From: Spirochaetia bacterium
Lineage (GTDB): Bacteria > Spirochaetota > Spirochaetia > SZUA-6 > Bin103
Direction of reading: 5' to 3'
NCBI GenBank assembly: GCA_965203515.1
Contig: OZ241907.1
Span: 3,680,001-3,744,000 of the forward strand
Length of the DNA: 64,000 bases
The notes under the pieces were generated by a model. It had not been told where the DNA came from and did no database searches. It was given only the letters and a program-made list of their open reading frames with translations. This document shows, in pieces, positions 1 to 8,718 of the stretch. Positions within the stretch are counted from its first letter, which is position 1. Each line of letters begins with the position of its first letter. Position numbers and translations under genes: made by a program.

Positions 1-137
1 ACATCTTCGCCGACATGGTGGGGGCGATCCGCACCGGCTCCGCGTTGCAGTGCGACGGCCGCGAGGCGCGCCGCTCGGTGGCGCTGTTCGAAGCGGTATA
101 CCGCGCCTCGGACAGCGGGTCCTGGGTCGAGGTGTGA
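1..137 (+). CDS. C-terminal end of a probable Gfo/Idh/MocA family oxidoreductase (partial)
   Basis: Frame from position 3 reads IFADMVGAIRTGSALQCDGREARRSVALFEAVYRASDSGSWVEV*, resembling the family C-terminal helices; its TGA overlaps the next start (GTGA). Confidence 0.6.
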   Translation, partial: IFADMVGAIRTGSALQCDGREARRSVALFEAVYRASDSGSWVEV

Positions 138-1459
138 CCGTCCCGGGGCAGGCGCACCCGCCCAACATCCTCTACCTGCTCGCCGACGACCTGGGGTGGG
201 CGGACGTCGGCTACCACGGCTCGGAGATCCGCACGCCCAACCTCGACCGGCTGGCGCGGGACGGCGTCGAGCTCGACCAGCACTACGTCTGCCCGATGTG
301 CACGCCGACGCGCGCGTCGCTGTTGACCGGCCGCCATCCGGGACGCTTCGGGCGGCACGCCACGGAGCCGTCCAACGCGCCGGTGCTCCCGGACGGCTAC
401 GAGACGCTGGCCGCGGCGCTGCGCAACGCCGGCTACGCCACCGGGCTGTTCGGCAAGTGGCACCTTGGATCGCACCCTCGATACGGTCCGAACCGGTACG
501 GGTTCGACTACTCCTACGGCAGCCTGGCCGGCGGCGTCGACCCCTACCACCACCGCTACAAGGAAGGCGAGTATTCTCATACTTGGCACCGCAATGGCGA
601 ACTGATCGAGGAGCGCGGCCACGTGACCGATCTGATCGTGGCGGAGGCGCTGCAGTGGATGGAGGCGCAGGAGCGGCCCTGGTTCTGCTACGTGCCGTTC
701 ACCGCCGTGCACGTGCCGGTCAAGGCGCCGGAGGAATGGATCGACGCGTACTGCGATCGGAGCTACGACGCCGACCCGGCGCGCGACCGCTCGTTCAAGA
801 TGTACGCCGCCTACGCAAGCCACATGGACCACGCGATCGGGCGGCTGATCGAGTCGCTGCACCGGACGCTGCAGCTCGACGACACGATCGTGGTGTTCGC
901 GTCCGACAACGGGGCGATTCCCGATTCAGGGACGGACACCATCCACCAGTATCCCGGCAGACAGGAGGAGCTGCCGCGTCTGGGCAGCAATCTGCCGCTG
1001 CGCGGCCGCAAGGCGCAGCTCTACGAGGGCGGCATCCGCACGCCGGCGGTGATCAGTTGGCCGGGAACGCTGCGGCCGGCCATGGTGTCGCGGCCGATTC
1101 AGGTCGTCGACTGGATGCCGACCTTCGCCGGCCTGACCGGCGCGACCACCGCCGAGGATCCGCGCTGGGACGGGCGCGACGTCTGGCCCCTCATCACCGG
1201 CGAGGCGGAGGAGCCGGACCGGACCCTGTTCTGGAACTTCCGCGGCAGCGAGTACGGCGCCCGCATCGGTGACCTGAAGCTCCGCACCGACGGCGATCTG
1301 CGGCCGGAGAAGACCGAGCTCTTCGACTTGGCCGCCGACCCCGGCGAGCGGCGTGATTTCTTCGCAGAGTCGCCGGGCCGGGCGGCCGACCTGCTCGACC
1401 TGATCCGGCAGGAGCGGGAGCTGGACGACGTGTCGAAGCGGCCCGACGCTCCGCCGTAG
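134..1459 (+). CDS. Arylsulfatase (formylglycine-dependent, Cys-type)
   Basis: PNILYLLADDLG, CTPTRASLLTG, GKWHLG and SDNG motifs; GTG start at 134 coupled to the upstream stop. Confidence 0.93.
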   Translation: MTVPGQAHPPNILYLLADDLGWADVGYHGSEIRTPNLDRLARDGVELDQHYVCPMCTPTRASLLTGRHPGRFGRHATEPSNAPVLPDGYETLAAALRNAGYATGLFGKWHLGSHPRYGPNRYGFDYSYGSLAGGVDPYHHRYKEGEYSHTWHRNGELIEERGHVTDLIVAEALQWMEAQERPWFCYVPFTAVHVPVKAPEEWIDAYCDRSYDADPARDRSFKMYAAYASHMDHAIGRLIESLHRTLQLDDTIVVFASDNGAIPDSGTDTIHQYPGRQEELPRLGSNLPLRGRKAQLYEGGIRTPAVISWPGTLRPAMVSRPIQVVDWMPTFAGLTGATTAEDPRWDGRDVWPLITGEAEEPDRTLFWNFRGSEYGARIGDLKLRTDGDLRPEKTELFDLAADPGERRDFFAESPGRAADLLDLIRQERELDDVSKRPDAPP

Positions 1460-1474
1460 CGGTCAACCGCTCGC

Positions 1475-3063
1475 TCAGGAGTCGTAGATGCTTCCCATCT
1501 GCCAGGCGTCGAGCGAGCGGAGCGTCGCGCCGCTCCCGCAGGCGCGCAACGACACGCCGGTCGAGTCCGCGCGTCCCGGATAGACGCGCAGCGCCACGCA
1601 CTGGCGGCCGTTGACGAACACCTCCACCACGCTGCGGTCGATGAAGATGCGGAGCGCAAGCGGCTCGTCCGGACCGACGTAGACCGGCGCCGTCTCCGGC
1701 GCCCGCGACAGCACGTCCGGCAGCTCCGAAGAGCGCGTGTTGTCCAGGGTGATCAGGCTGTCACCGGCGGCAAGACTCCGCTCCCGGTCGGGTCCGGCGT
1801 ACCGCTCCCGGTTTCGGAAGCCCCGCTGCCGGTAGAAGGCGATACGGGTGTACTCCTGCCGTTGCGGGGAGCGGAGCACGTCGATCTCCACGGTGGGCGC
1901 GTCCTGCGGGTCGATCACCGCGGCGATCTCCAGGGAGGCGCCGTTCACGTCCTGCAGCACCACGTCGCGGTTGGCCGGCAGCGCCGTCGGCCCCACCCGG
2001 ACGCGCCGGCCGCGCAGCGAGGCGATGTCGCCGACCGGCTCCACGTCGATCCCGTCGTATTCGGCCAGCGTGAGGCGGCGCGGCAGGCTCATCACCTGGT
2101 CCCAGCCCCGCGTCGGCTTGGCGGGGTTCATGTTGAAGATGGCGATGAGGCCGCCGTCGCCGTCCGGCGTGGCCGACGGCGCGTGCACGCCGCCCGGCTG
2201 TACGGAGCCGAAGTTGAAGCGGCCGCCGGCGGTCACCAGCAGCTTGTCGCGTTCCGTGTCGTAGTCGCCGATCAGGTACTTGCCGCCGCTCATGTGGCTG
2301 AAGTAGAGCAGCGCGTGGCGGCGGTTCGCGTCCGACCCGATCGGCCAGAAATAGGGACAGGCGCCGTCGTCGCCGGCCAGGGAGAAGCGGTCGTGCTCGT
2401 CGAACGGGTGCAGATACTCCCAGTGCGCCAGATCGTCGGAACGGAACAGAAAGTCGGCGCGGCTCACCTTGCCGGCCGGCGGGTGCGGCAGGGTGCCGCC
2501 GGAGAGCGAGTAGTACCGGCCGCCCTGCTTCCAGATGCACGGGTCGAAGACGGCGTAGGGAAGCGGCGGGTCATTCGGTCCGGCCAGGGGAATGACCGGC
2601 TTGCCAGTGACCTTCTTCCAGTTGAGCAGCAGCGGATCGCTCGAGGTAGCCACCATGGTGCCGGCCTCGGTGCCGTGGTAGCAGGCGATGACGCGGTCGT
2701 CCTCCACCAGGGTCGCGCCCGAAAAGCAGCACCGTTCGGGGTCGGGATAGATCGCGTAGGAAGGTCGCGCCAGTGGATCAGATCGTCGCTCACGGCGTGG
2801 CCCCAGTGCTGGCGCGGATCCTCCGGCGGGTAGCCCTGGTAGAACAGGTGCCAGCGGCCCTGCCAGCGGCACAGGCCGTTGGGATCGTTCAGCCGGTTCT
2901 CGGGGCTCAGGAAGTGGTACCGCGGCACGTGCCGGTCGCGAGCGAGCTCCCGGCGGGAGGCGCGAAAGCGCTCCAGCAGAGGGTTGGCGGCAAGCTCCCG
3001 CTCCTGAGCGGCAAGCGAGTCGGAGAACGTGAAGCGGGGAACGGAGGACCGGTAGTCGGGCAT
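1475..3063 (-). pseudogene. GH32-like glycoside hydrolase split by a 1-nt frameshift near 2760 (pseudogene or sequencing error)
   Basis: N-half ([29 protein letters not shown]) is in ORF 2464..3141; C-half (CFSG, FDPCIW, FIDRSVVEVF) is in ORF 1475..3160. Adding one C at CTT CC|T ACG restores L-P-Y-A-I-Y-P. Confidence 0.85.
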
Positions 3064-3133
3064 GGCGGCCTGGACAGTCTGTCGCCGATGCCGTGTCAGC
3101 GGCAAGTCGGGACGGACTCCGCCTCCCGGCTGA

Positions 3134-3793
3134 TTGGACACGATGTTCCTGGGACACCATGATGGTCGGATGCTGAGCGCTTCACGTCTGACGCTCCGGA
3201 CGCGCCGGCGCCGCGGCCCGGACGGGGCGGAGTCGGAGGAGCTGATACTGGGGATGTCGATCGCCTATCGCGCGATGATGGCGGCGATGGGAGCGATTCT
3301 GATCGTCGGCATGCTGGTGGCGGCCGGTGACGGCGGCCGCCCCGTCACGCTGCCGGGCGATGCGATTCCGCTGGGGATCATCGCGCTCTGCCTGCTCGGC
3401 GCGGCGTACCGCGACTGCTGGATATTCCGGCCGGCCGCCGGCGCCTGCGAGCGGCAGATCGGCTTGGCGTTCCTCTGCAAGCGCACGAACGTCCCGCTCG
3501 CGTCGCTCCGAAGCGTCGAGGTGAGCGAGTATCTGCGGGGAGGTCCGATCGACAGCGCGCCGCTGGACCGCACCCGGTACGGCCCGCACCGGCCGTTCAG
3601 CTTCAAGCCGCGCAGCTTCGTGACCCTCAGCCTGATCGACGCCGAGGAGCGGACCATCCGCATCGATCACGCCGGCGGCTCCACCGCCGACCGCATGGTG
3701 ACGGTCGGCAGGGAGCTGGCCGCCTCCATCGGCGTCGAACTGATCGACCGCACCGCGGGCGCCGCCCGCCCGCGCGTGATCCCCGGATCGTGA
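3134..3793 (+). CDS. Hypothetical membrane protein (two predicted TM helices)
   Basis: 219-aa ORF filling the gap, two hydrophobic segments; start uncertain. Confidence 0.6.
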   Translation: MDTMFLGHHDGRMLSASRLTLRTRRRRGPDGAESEELILGMSIAYRAMMAAMGAILIVGMLVAAGDGGRPVTLPGDAIPLGIIALCLLGAAYRDCWIFRPAAGACERQIGLAFLCKRTNVPLASLRSVEVSEYLRGGPIDSAPLDRTRYGPHRPFSFKPRSFVTLSLIDAEERTIRIDHAGGSTADRMVTVGRELAASIGVELIDRTAGAARPRVIPGS

Positions 3794-3812
3794 GCAGGGA
3801 ACGTAAGGATAG

Positions 3813-4415
3813 TTAGTCTGCGTCCGCCAATAATCGTCGGAATGCGTCGAGGTCGGGGGCCTGGATCGCCGCGCGAAGCAACTGCTTGAGCCGCTGCACG
3901 TCGCCGGCGGCCTCCAAGCGGTCCGCCAAAGGGCGTGCCGCGCCGGGACCGAACCGAAGCTCCAACGCTTCCCGGATGCTATCCAGGAGCCCCTGCTCGA
4001 CGCCTTGCTCGACGCCTCGTTCCAGGATTTCGGCTTCCCAGCGATCGATCTTCTCCAACAACACTGCGCTTGCCTCCTCATAGTCGCGAATCGACGGCAA
4101 CTTGACGCCCCACTTCCGGCCCAGGGCGCCGAGCCACAGGTCGAAGCTCCTCGTCAGCCCCGGCTCGCCCTCGGCAGCGAGCCACCGGCCCAACTCCCTC
4201 ACCCGCTCCGCCAGCACCCCGGCGCGCCGGCTGCGCTCCACCTCCGCCACCCAGGTTATCAGGTTCGGCCGCGGCAGATCATCCGCTTCCGCCGCCACCA
4301 GATCGACCACCTCATAGCTCAGCGCAAGCTCCTGCGGTCCGTCGTACTCCCACCTCGGCGTCAACTCCGCCAGCGACCGCGCCGCGTCCCACCGGGCGTC
4401 GCCGTTGTACAGCAC
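3813..4415 (-). pseudogene. 5'-truncated Rpn/YhgA-like (recombination-promoting nuclease family) gene, C-terminal half only
   Basis: Begins at VLYNG..W and ends with RGVEQGVEQG...LELRFG typical of Rpn C-termini; in-frame TGA just upstream and no PD-(D/E)xK domain. Confidence 0.75.
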
Positions 4416-4501
4416 ACTTCATGGCGGTGCGGCGGCGGTGCGCGCGGTGTAGAGTGCCGGACCTGGGCCTTGGCGGGCGCAGATCACCGTCGGGAGGAAC
4501 C

Positions 4502-5590
4502 ATGGAACACCGGCACATTCGATACTCGACGATAGCGGAGTCGGGGCCGACCAATCCCCGGAACGATACGGCCAGCGTGGTCGAGTTGACCGACGGCCGC
4601 CTGCTGGTGGTCTGGCACAAGTACGAGGCGTCGGCGGAATCGGGGCACGACCTGGCCCGCTGCCGAATCCACGCGAAGACGTCCGCCGATCGGGGGCTGA
4701 CCTGGGGCGGCGAGCGCATGATCGTCGACATCGCGCCGGGTGACCGAAACGTCCATGGGCCGGCGATAGCTCGTCTGCCGGCGGGCGGCCTCTTCATGAT
4801 AGGTCTGCGCGCTCATTCGGAGCGCAGCACGACGCTGTGCACGTACGTGTCCGACGACGAAGGGCAGAGCTTCACGGAGACCGGCACGGTGTGGGAGCGG
4901 TCGCCGGGGCAGTGGCTGCAGGGCGGTGCGACGAGCGTCGTGGCGCTTTCGTCCGGCCGCCTGCTCGTGCCGTGCCACGGCGGAACGGGCGGTCAGTTCG
5001 AGCAGCACAACACGGCGTGGTGTTGGCTCAGCGACGATGCCGGCCGGAGCTGGGTGCGGTCGCGGAGCGTCGTGGACCTGCCGATGCGCGGCGCCATGGA
5101 GGCGTCCGTTGCCGAGCACGGCGACGGCCGGCTCTTCATGTCGCTCAGGACCCAACTGGGATCGGTGTTCCTGTCGTGTTCCGACGACGGAGGCGACACG
5201 TGGTCCCTGCCGCAGACGACCGGTCTGAAGGCGCCCGAATCGGGTACGTGCCTGCGCCGGATTCCGGATTCGGACACGATGCTGCTCATCTGGAACGACG
5301 GCAGCTACGAGCCGGCGCACCATCACTACGGCCGCCGGCGCCCCCTGTCGATGGCGGTCTCAGCCGACGGATGCCGGAGCTGGAGGCGCGTCGGCGATCT
5401 GGCCGGCGGGGACTACGAGCTGACCAACATCGGTTGTACGTTCACCACCGCCGGCGACGCGGTGGTGACCTACCTGCAGGTCGAGGACCGCACGTGGGAG
5501 CGTTTTATCAGGAGCGGCATAGACCTCCGGGCCGCGATCGTTCCCGTGTCGATGCTGCTCGATGCCGACGCGGCGCGCCGTCAGATGTAG
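4502..5590 (+). CDS. Sialidase-family / BNR Asp-box repeat protein
   Basis: Five Asp-boxes (SADRGLTW, SDDEGQSF, SDDAGRSW, SDDGGDTW, SADGCRSW); GGAGG RBS before ATG 4502. Confidence 0.85.
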   Translation: MEHRHIRYSTIAESGPTNPRNDTASVVELTDGRLLVVWHKYEASAESGHDLARCRIHAKTSADRGLTWGGERMIVDIAPGDRNVHGPAIARLPAGGLFMIGLRAHSERSTTLCTYVSDDEGQSFTETGTVWERSPGQWLQGGATSVVALSSGRLLVPCHGGTGGQFEQHNTAWCWLSDDAGRSWVRSRSVVDLPMRGAMEASVAEHGDGRLFMSLRTQLGSVFLSCSDDGGDTWSLPQTTGLKAPESGTCLRRIPDSDTMLLIWNDGSYEPAHHHYGRRRPLSMAVSADGCRSWRRVGDLAGGDYELTNIGCTFTTAGDAVVTYLQVEDRTWERFIRSGIDLRAAIVPVSMLLDADAARRQM

Positions 5591-6462
5591 CCGGCCGCGG
5601 TGAGCAGGTCGGCCTGGTCGGAGAGGCGCCGGAGCACGTGGTCGGGGTAGATCGACATGCGCTGGAACGGCAGGTTGTCACGCCCGATCGCCGGCATGTA
5701 GTTGAAGAACACGGAGCGCCGGATCGAGCGGTCGGTCACCGGGTAGGCGTTGTGGGTCATGCCTTCGGAGAAGATCACCACGTCGCCCGGCGCGGCCAGC
5801 ACCGGCACCGCCATCGGGTTGCGGCTGGCGTCGTCCATGTCGAAGGGGCAGGGGAAGTTGGCCTTGTGGCTGCCGGGGACGGCGGCGAACGGCCCGTTCT
5901 CCACCCGCGTCATGTCGGACAGGATGATCACGCTCTTGGTGCTCTTGCAGGCGAAGCGCCCGCGCGTGTGGTCGTAGCCGTAGTGGATGTCGCGGTCGAC
6001 CGGGAAGCCGCCGTTGTGCAGGCCGCCGCCGGGGGCCGGTCCCACCTTTTCGATGTAGTACGTGGCGGAGAGGTACACGGGGCCGCCGGCCAGCTCGGCG
6101 TGGATCGCCTTGAGGACCGGGTCGCGCACGATGCGGTCGAACTTGTCGGTGCCGCACAGCGCGTGATCCACGCGGCCCACCCCGCCGTTCGCGGGATTGG
6201 GGGCGCGGTCGGGGCGGTGCTGCCCCTTCCAGAACGGATGCTCGGGGTCGGCCATGGCCGGGCGCAGGAAGTAGCTGGCCACGCCGAGCCGCGTGTAGGT
6301 CCGGTAGTCGATCGGGATCGCCTGCAGCTCGTCGATCCCGGCGTGGAACCCGGCCACCGCCTCCGCGTCGAAGTGCTGCCGGAGCACGAGGTAGCCGCGC
6401 AGATCGAACTCGTACTTCTGCTCCGGCGTCAGCCGGTACGCGGGGGCGTCAGGATCGGCCAT
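5581..6462 (-). CDS. Phytanoyl-CoA dioxygenase (PhyH)-family Fe(II)/2OG enzyme, HxG variant
   Basis: LTPEQKYEFDLRGYLVL start, NGPFAAVPGSHK, GDVVIFSEGMTH, RRS motifs. Confidence 0.85.
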   Translation of the reverse strand: MADPDAPAYRLTPEQKYEFDLRGYLVLRQHFDAEAVAGFHAGIDELQAIPIDYRTYTRLGVASYFLRPAMADPEHPFWKGQHRPDRAPNPANGGVGRVDHALCGTDKFDRIVRDPVLKAIHAELAGGPVYLSATYYIEKVGPAPGGGLHNGGFPVDRDIHYGYDHTRGRFACKSTKSVIILSDMTRVENGPFAAVPGSHKANFPCPFDMDDASRNPMAVPVLAAPGDVVIFSEGMTHNAYPVTDRSIRRSVFFNYMPAIGRDNLPFQRMSIYPDHVLRRLSDQADLLTAAGYI

Positions 6463-7363
6463 CGACAGCGCTCCCCGACTCGCGCCAGATCATGCGCCGC
6501 GCCGTTCCGCCCATGATCTGCGCGCGGTCGGCATCGTCCAGCTCCGGCAGCAGCTCGTCGAGCACGCGGGTGAGCTTGCCGTAGCCGGGGTTCGCCCGTA
6601 TCCACGGGAAGTCGGTCGCCCACAGGCAGCGATCGGCGCCCAGCTCCCTCACCAGCGTTTCGTGCCGGCGCCGCAGGTCCCGGTACGGGTAGGGCTCATC
6701 GCTGAAGGCGTACTGACCGGACAGCTTGACGCACACGTTGGGGTACCGGGCGAGGCTGCGCACGTCGCGGCCGGTGAGCGGCGCGTCGTCCGGCAAGGCG
6801 CGAGCCAGCCTCGGCCTTCCCTGTTGGTCGGTCGTCATGGATCGGTCCGCGGGACAGACCATGAGGTGGTTGAACACGACCGTGAGGTCCGGGAACGCAT
6901 CGAGCAGCCGGGCGCACAGGTGCGCCTCGGCCGCTCGGGGGTAGAGCCAGACGACGTAGCCCCGCTCGGCCGCATGCTTCCAGACCGGGTAGGTCGTGAA
7001 GGCGCGCACGTCGGCCGGCGCCGGCGGATCCGACGGACCGCCGATCCGGAACAGCCGGTAGCCGACGATGCCGCCGTCCTCGGCCAGCCGGTCCATGTGC
7101 TCCTCCGGGCGCCGCGGGTCCGGCACCAGGCCGATCCCCTTGAACCGATCCGGGTAGCTCCGCAGGCAGTGCCGGAGGTAGGCGTGGTCCGCGAGCGAGG
7201 TCCCGCCGATCTGCACCAGCACCGCCCGCTCGACGCCGTGGCTCTCCATGAGCTGCAGGAGCGTCTCCACGCTCTCTTCCCGGTCCGCCGGCATGCCATC
7301 GCTCACCTCACGCGGGAACCGGCGCGATGCCTTGGCGAAGACGTGGACGTGGGCATCGATCAC
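6449..7363 (-). CDS. Amidohydrolase_2 family protein
   Basis: VIDAHVH, VVFNH, VCVKLSG, CLWATDFPW motifs; start uncertain (GTG 7363, or ATG 7377 if one base is missing). Confidence 0.85.
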   Translation of the reverse strand: MIDAHVHVFAKASRRFPREVSDGMPADREESVETLLQLMESHGVERAVLVQIGGTSLADHAYLRHCLRSYPDRFKGIGLVPDPRRPEEHMDRLAEDGGIVGYRLFRIGGPSDPPAPADVRAFTTYPVWKHAAERGYVVWLYPRAAEAHLCARLLDAFPDLTVVFNHLMVCPADRSMTTDQQGRPRLARALPDDAPLTGRDVRSLARYPNVCVKLSGQYAFSDEPYPYRDLRRRHETLVRELGADRCLWATDFPWIRANPGYGKLTRVLDELLPELDDADRAQIMGGTARRMIWRESGSAVDGRS

Positions 7364-7520
7364 GACGGTCTGCTCATCGGCTCCTGCCCCGGAACGGTAG
7401 CACGTGCCGCGTCCGCACACCTGACCAGGGCGCCGGGGGTCCCGAAACGCACGCTGGCGTGACGGCGCCCGCCGGCCTTGCGCCGCCGCCGGCTTCGTGG
7501 TAACGCAATCGGTCAAAGGG

Positions 7521-8711
7521 ATGGCTACCGCTTACGAACCTCTGGCGGACGTGCGCGGCCACCTCAGAGTGGCGTGGTACCGGACGCGGATCGAGCCGGC
7601 GACGCTCCGGCGGTTGATGCAACGCAGCGACCTGCAAGGGTGGCTGCAGGCCGGCGGCCATCTCCTCCTCTACCTGGCGACCGGCATCCTGGCGTTCCGG
7701 CTGGGGGCCGGGCGGGCGTGGGCGGCGTTCGCCTTGGCGCTGTTCGCCCACGGCACGGTGGCCAGCTTCATGCGCGGCGTCGCGCCGCACGAGCTGGCGC
7801 ACGGCACGGTATTCCGCACCAAGTGGCTGAACCACGCGTTCCTCTACGTCTACAGCGTGCTGAGCTGGTGGGACCCGTTCGACTACGGCACCAGCCACAC
7901 GTACCATCACCGCTACACGCTGTACCCGGCAGGTGACCGGGAAAACCTGCTGCCGCTCAACCCCAAGGTCGGCGGGCCGTGGTTCCTGATCCAGTTGTTC
8001 ACCCTCAATCTGACCGGCCGGCCCGGACGCACGTTCGGCAAGGGCGGGCTGATCTCCACGCTGGCGATCACCTGCATGTCGGCGATCGGCCGGGTCGGCT
8101 ACGTGCGGACGCCGGCGGGCGAGTGGATCTGCGCCCTGCACGCCGACCAGCCGGCCGAGGCGCGCAAGTCGATGTGGTTCGCGCGGTTGCAACTCACGTT
8201 CCACGGCGCGGTGGCGGTCTACGGGATCGCCTCCGGGTACTGGATACTGCCGATCCTGGTCGGCGCGGCGCCGCTCATCGGCAACTGGCTCAGCTATCTG
8301 GTCGGCCTGCCGCAACACTGCGGCCTGCGCGACAACGTGGCCGACTTTCGCAAGTCGACGCGCTCGATGCAGCTCGATCCGGTCTCGACCTTCCTCTACT
8401 GGCGGATGAACTGGCATACCGAGCACCACATGTACGCCGGGGTGCCGTGCTACAACCTCAGGAAGCTGGCGCGGGAGATCGCGCACGACATGCCGGAGCC
8501 CCGCACGCTGCCGGGAGCGTGGCGGGAGATGCGCGCGGTCTGGAAGCGGCAGCGGACCGACCCGGACTACCAGTTCGACACGCCCGTCCCCAACGAGGCG
8601 CCCGCCCCGGCGGACGCGCGGGCGGGACTTGCCGTCGAGCCGGACGATCCTGCAGCCTCGCTGGGCGAGCTGGCGCCGCAGGGGCTGCGGGCGGCTCCCG
8701 AACCGCGGTAG
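7521..8711 (+). CDS. Fatty-acid-desaturase-family membrane di-iron enzyme (MocD-like)
   Basis: His boxes HELAH, HTYHH, QH, HTEHH and hydrophobic segments. Confidence 0.88.
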   Translation: MATAYEPLADVRGHLRVAWYRTRIEPATLRRLMQRSDLQGWLQAGGHLLLYLATGILAFRLGAGRAWAAFALALFAHGTVASFMRGVAPHELAHGTVFRTKWLNHAFLYVYSVLSWWDPFDYGTSHTYHHRYTLYPAGDRENLLPLNPKVGGPWFLIQLFTLNLTGRPGRTFGKGGLISTLAITCMSAIGRVGYVRTPAGEWICALHADQPAEARKSMWFARLQLTFHGAVAVYGIASGYWILPILVGAAPLIGNWLSYLVGLPQHCGLRDNVADFRKSTRSMQLDPVSTFLYWRMNWHTEHHMYAGVPCYNLRKLAREIAHDMPEPRTLPGAWREMRAVWKRQRTDPDYQFDTPVPNEAPAPADARAGLAVEPDDPAASLGELAPQGLRAAPEPR

Positions 8712-8718
8712 CGCGGAG

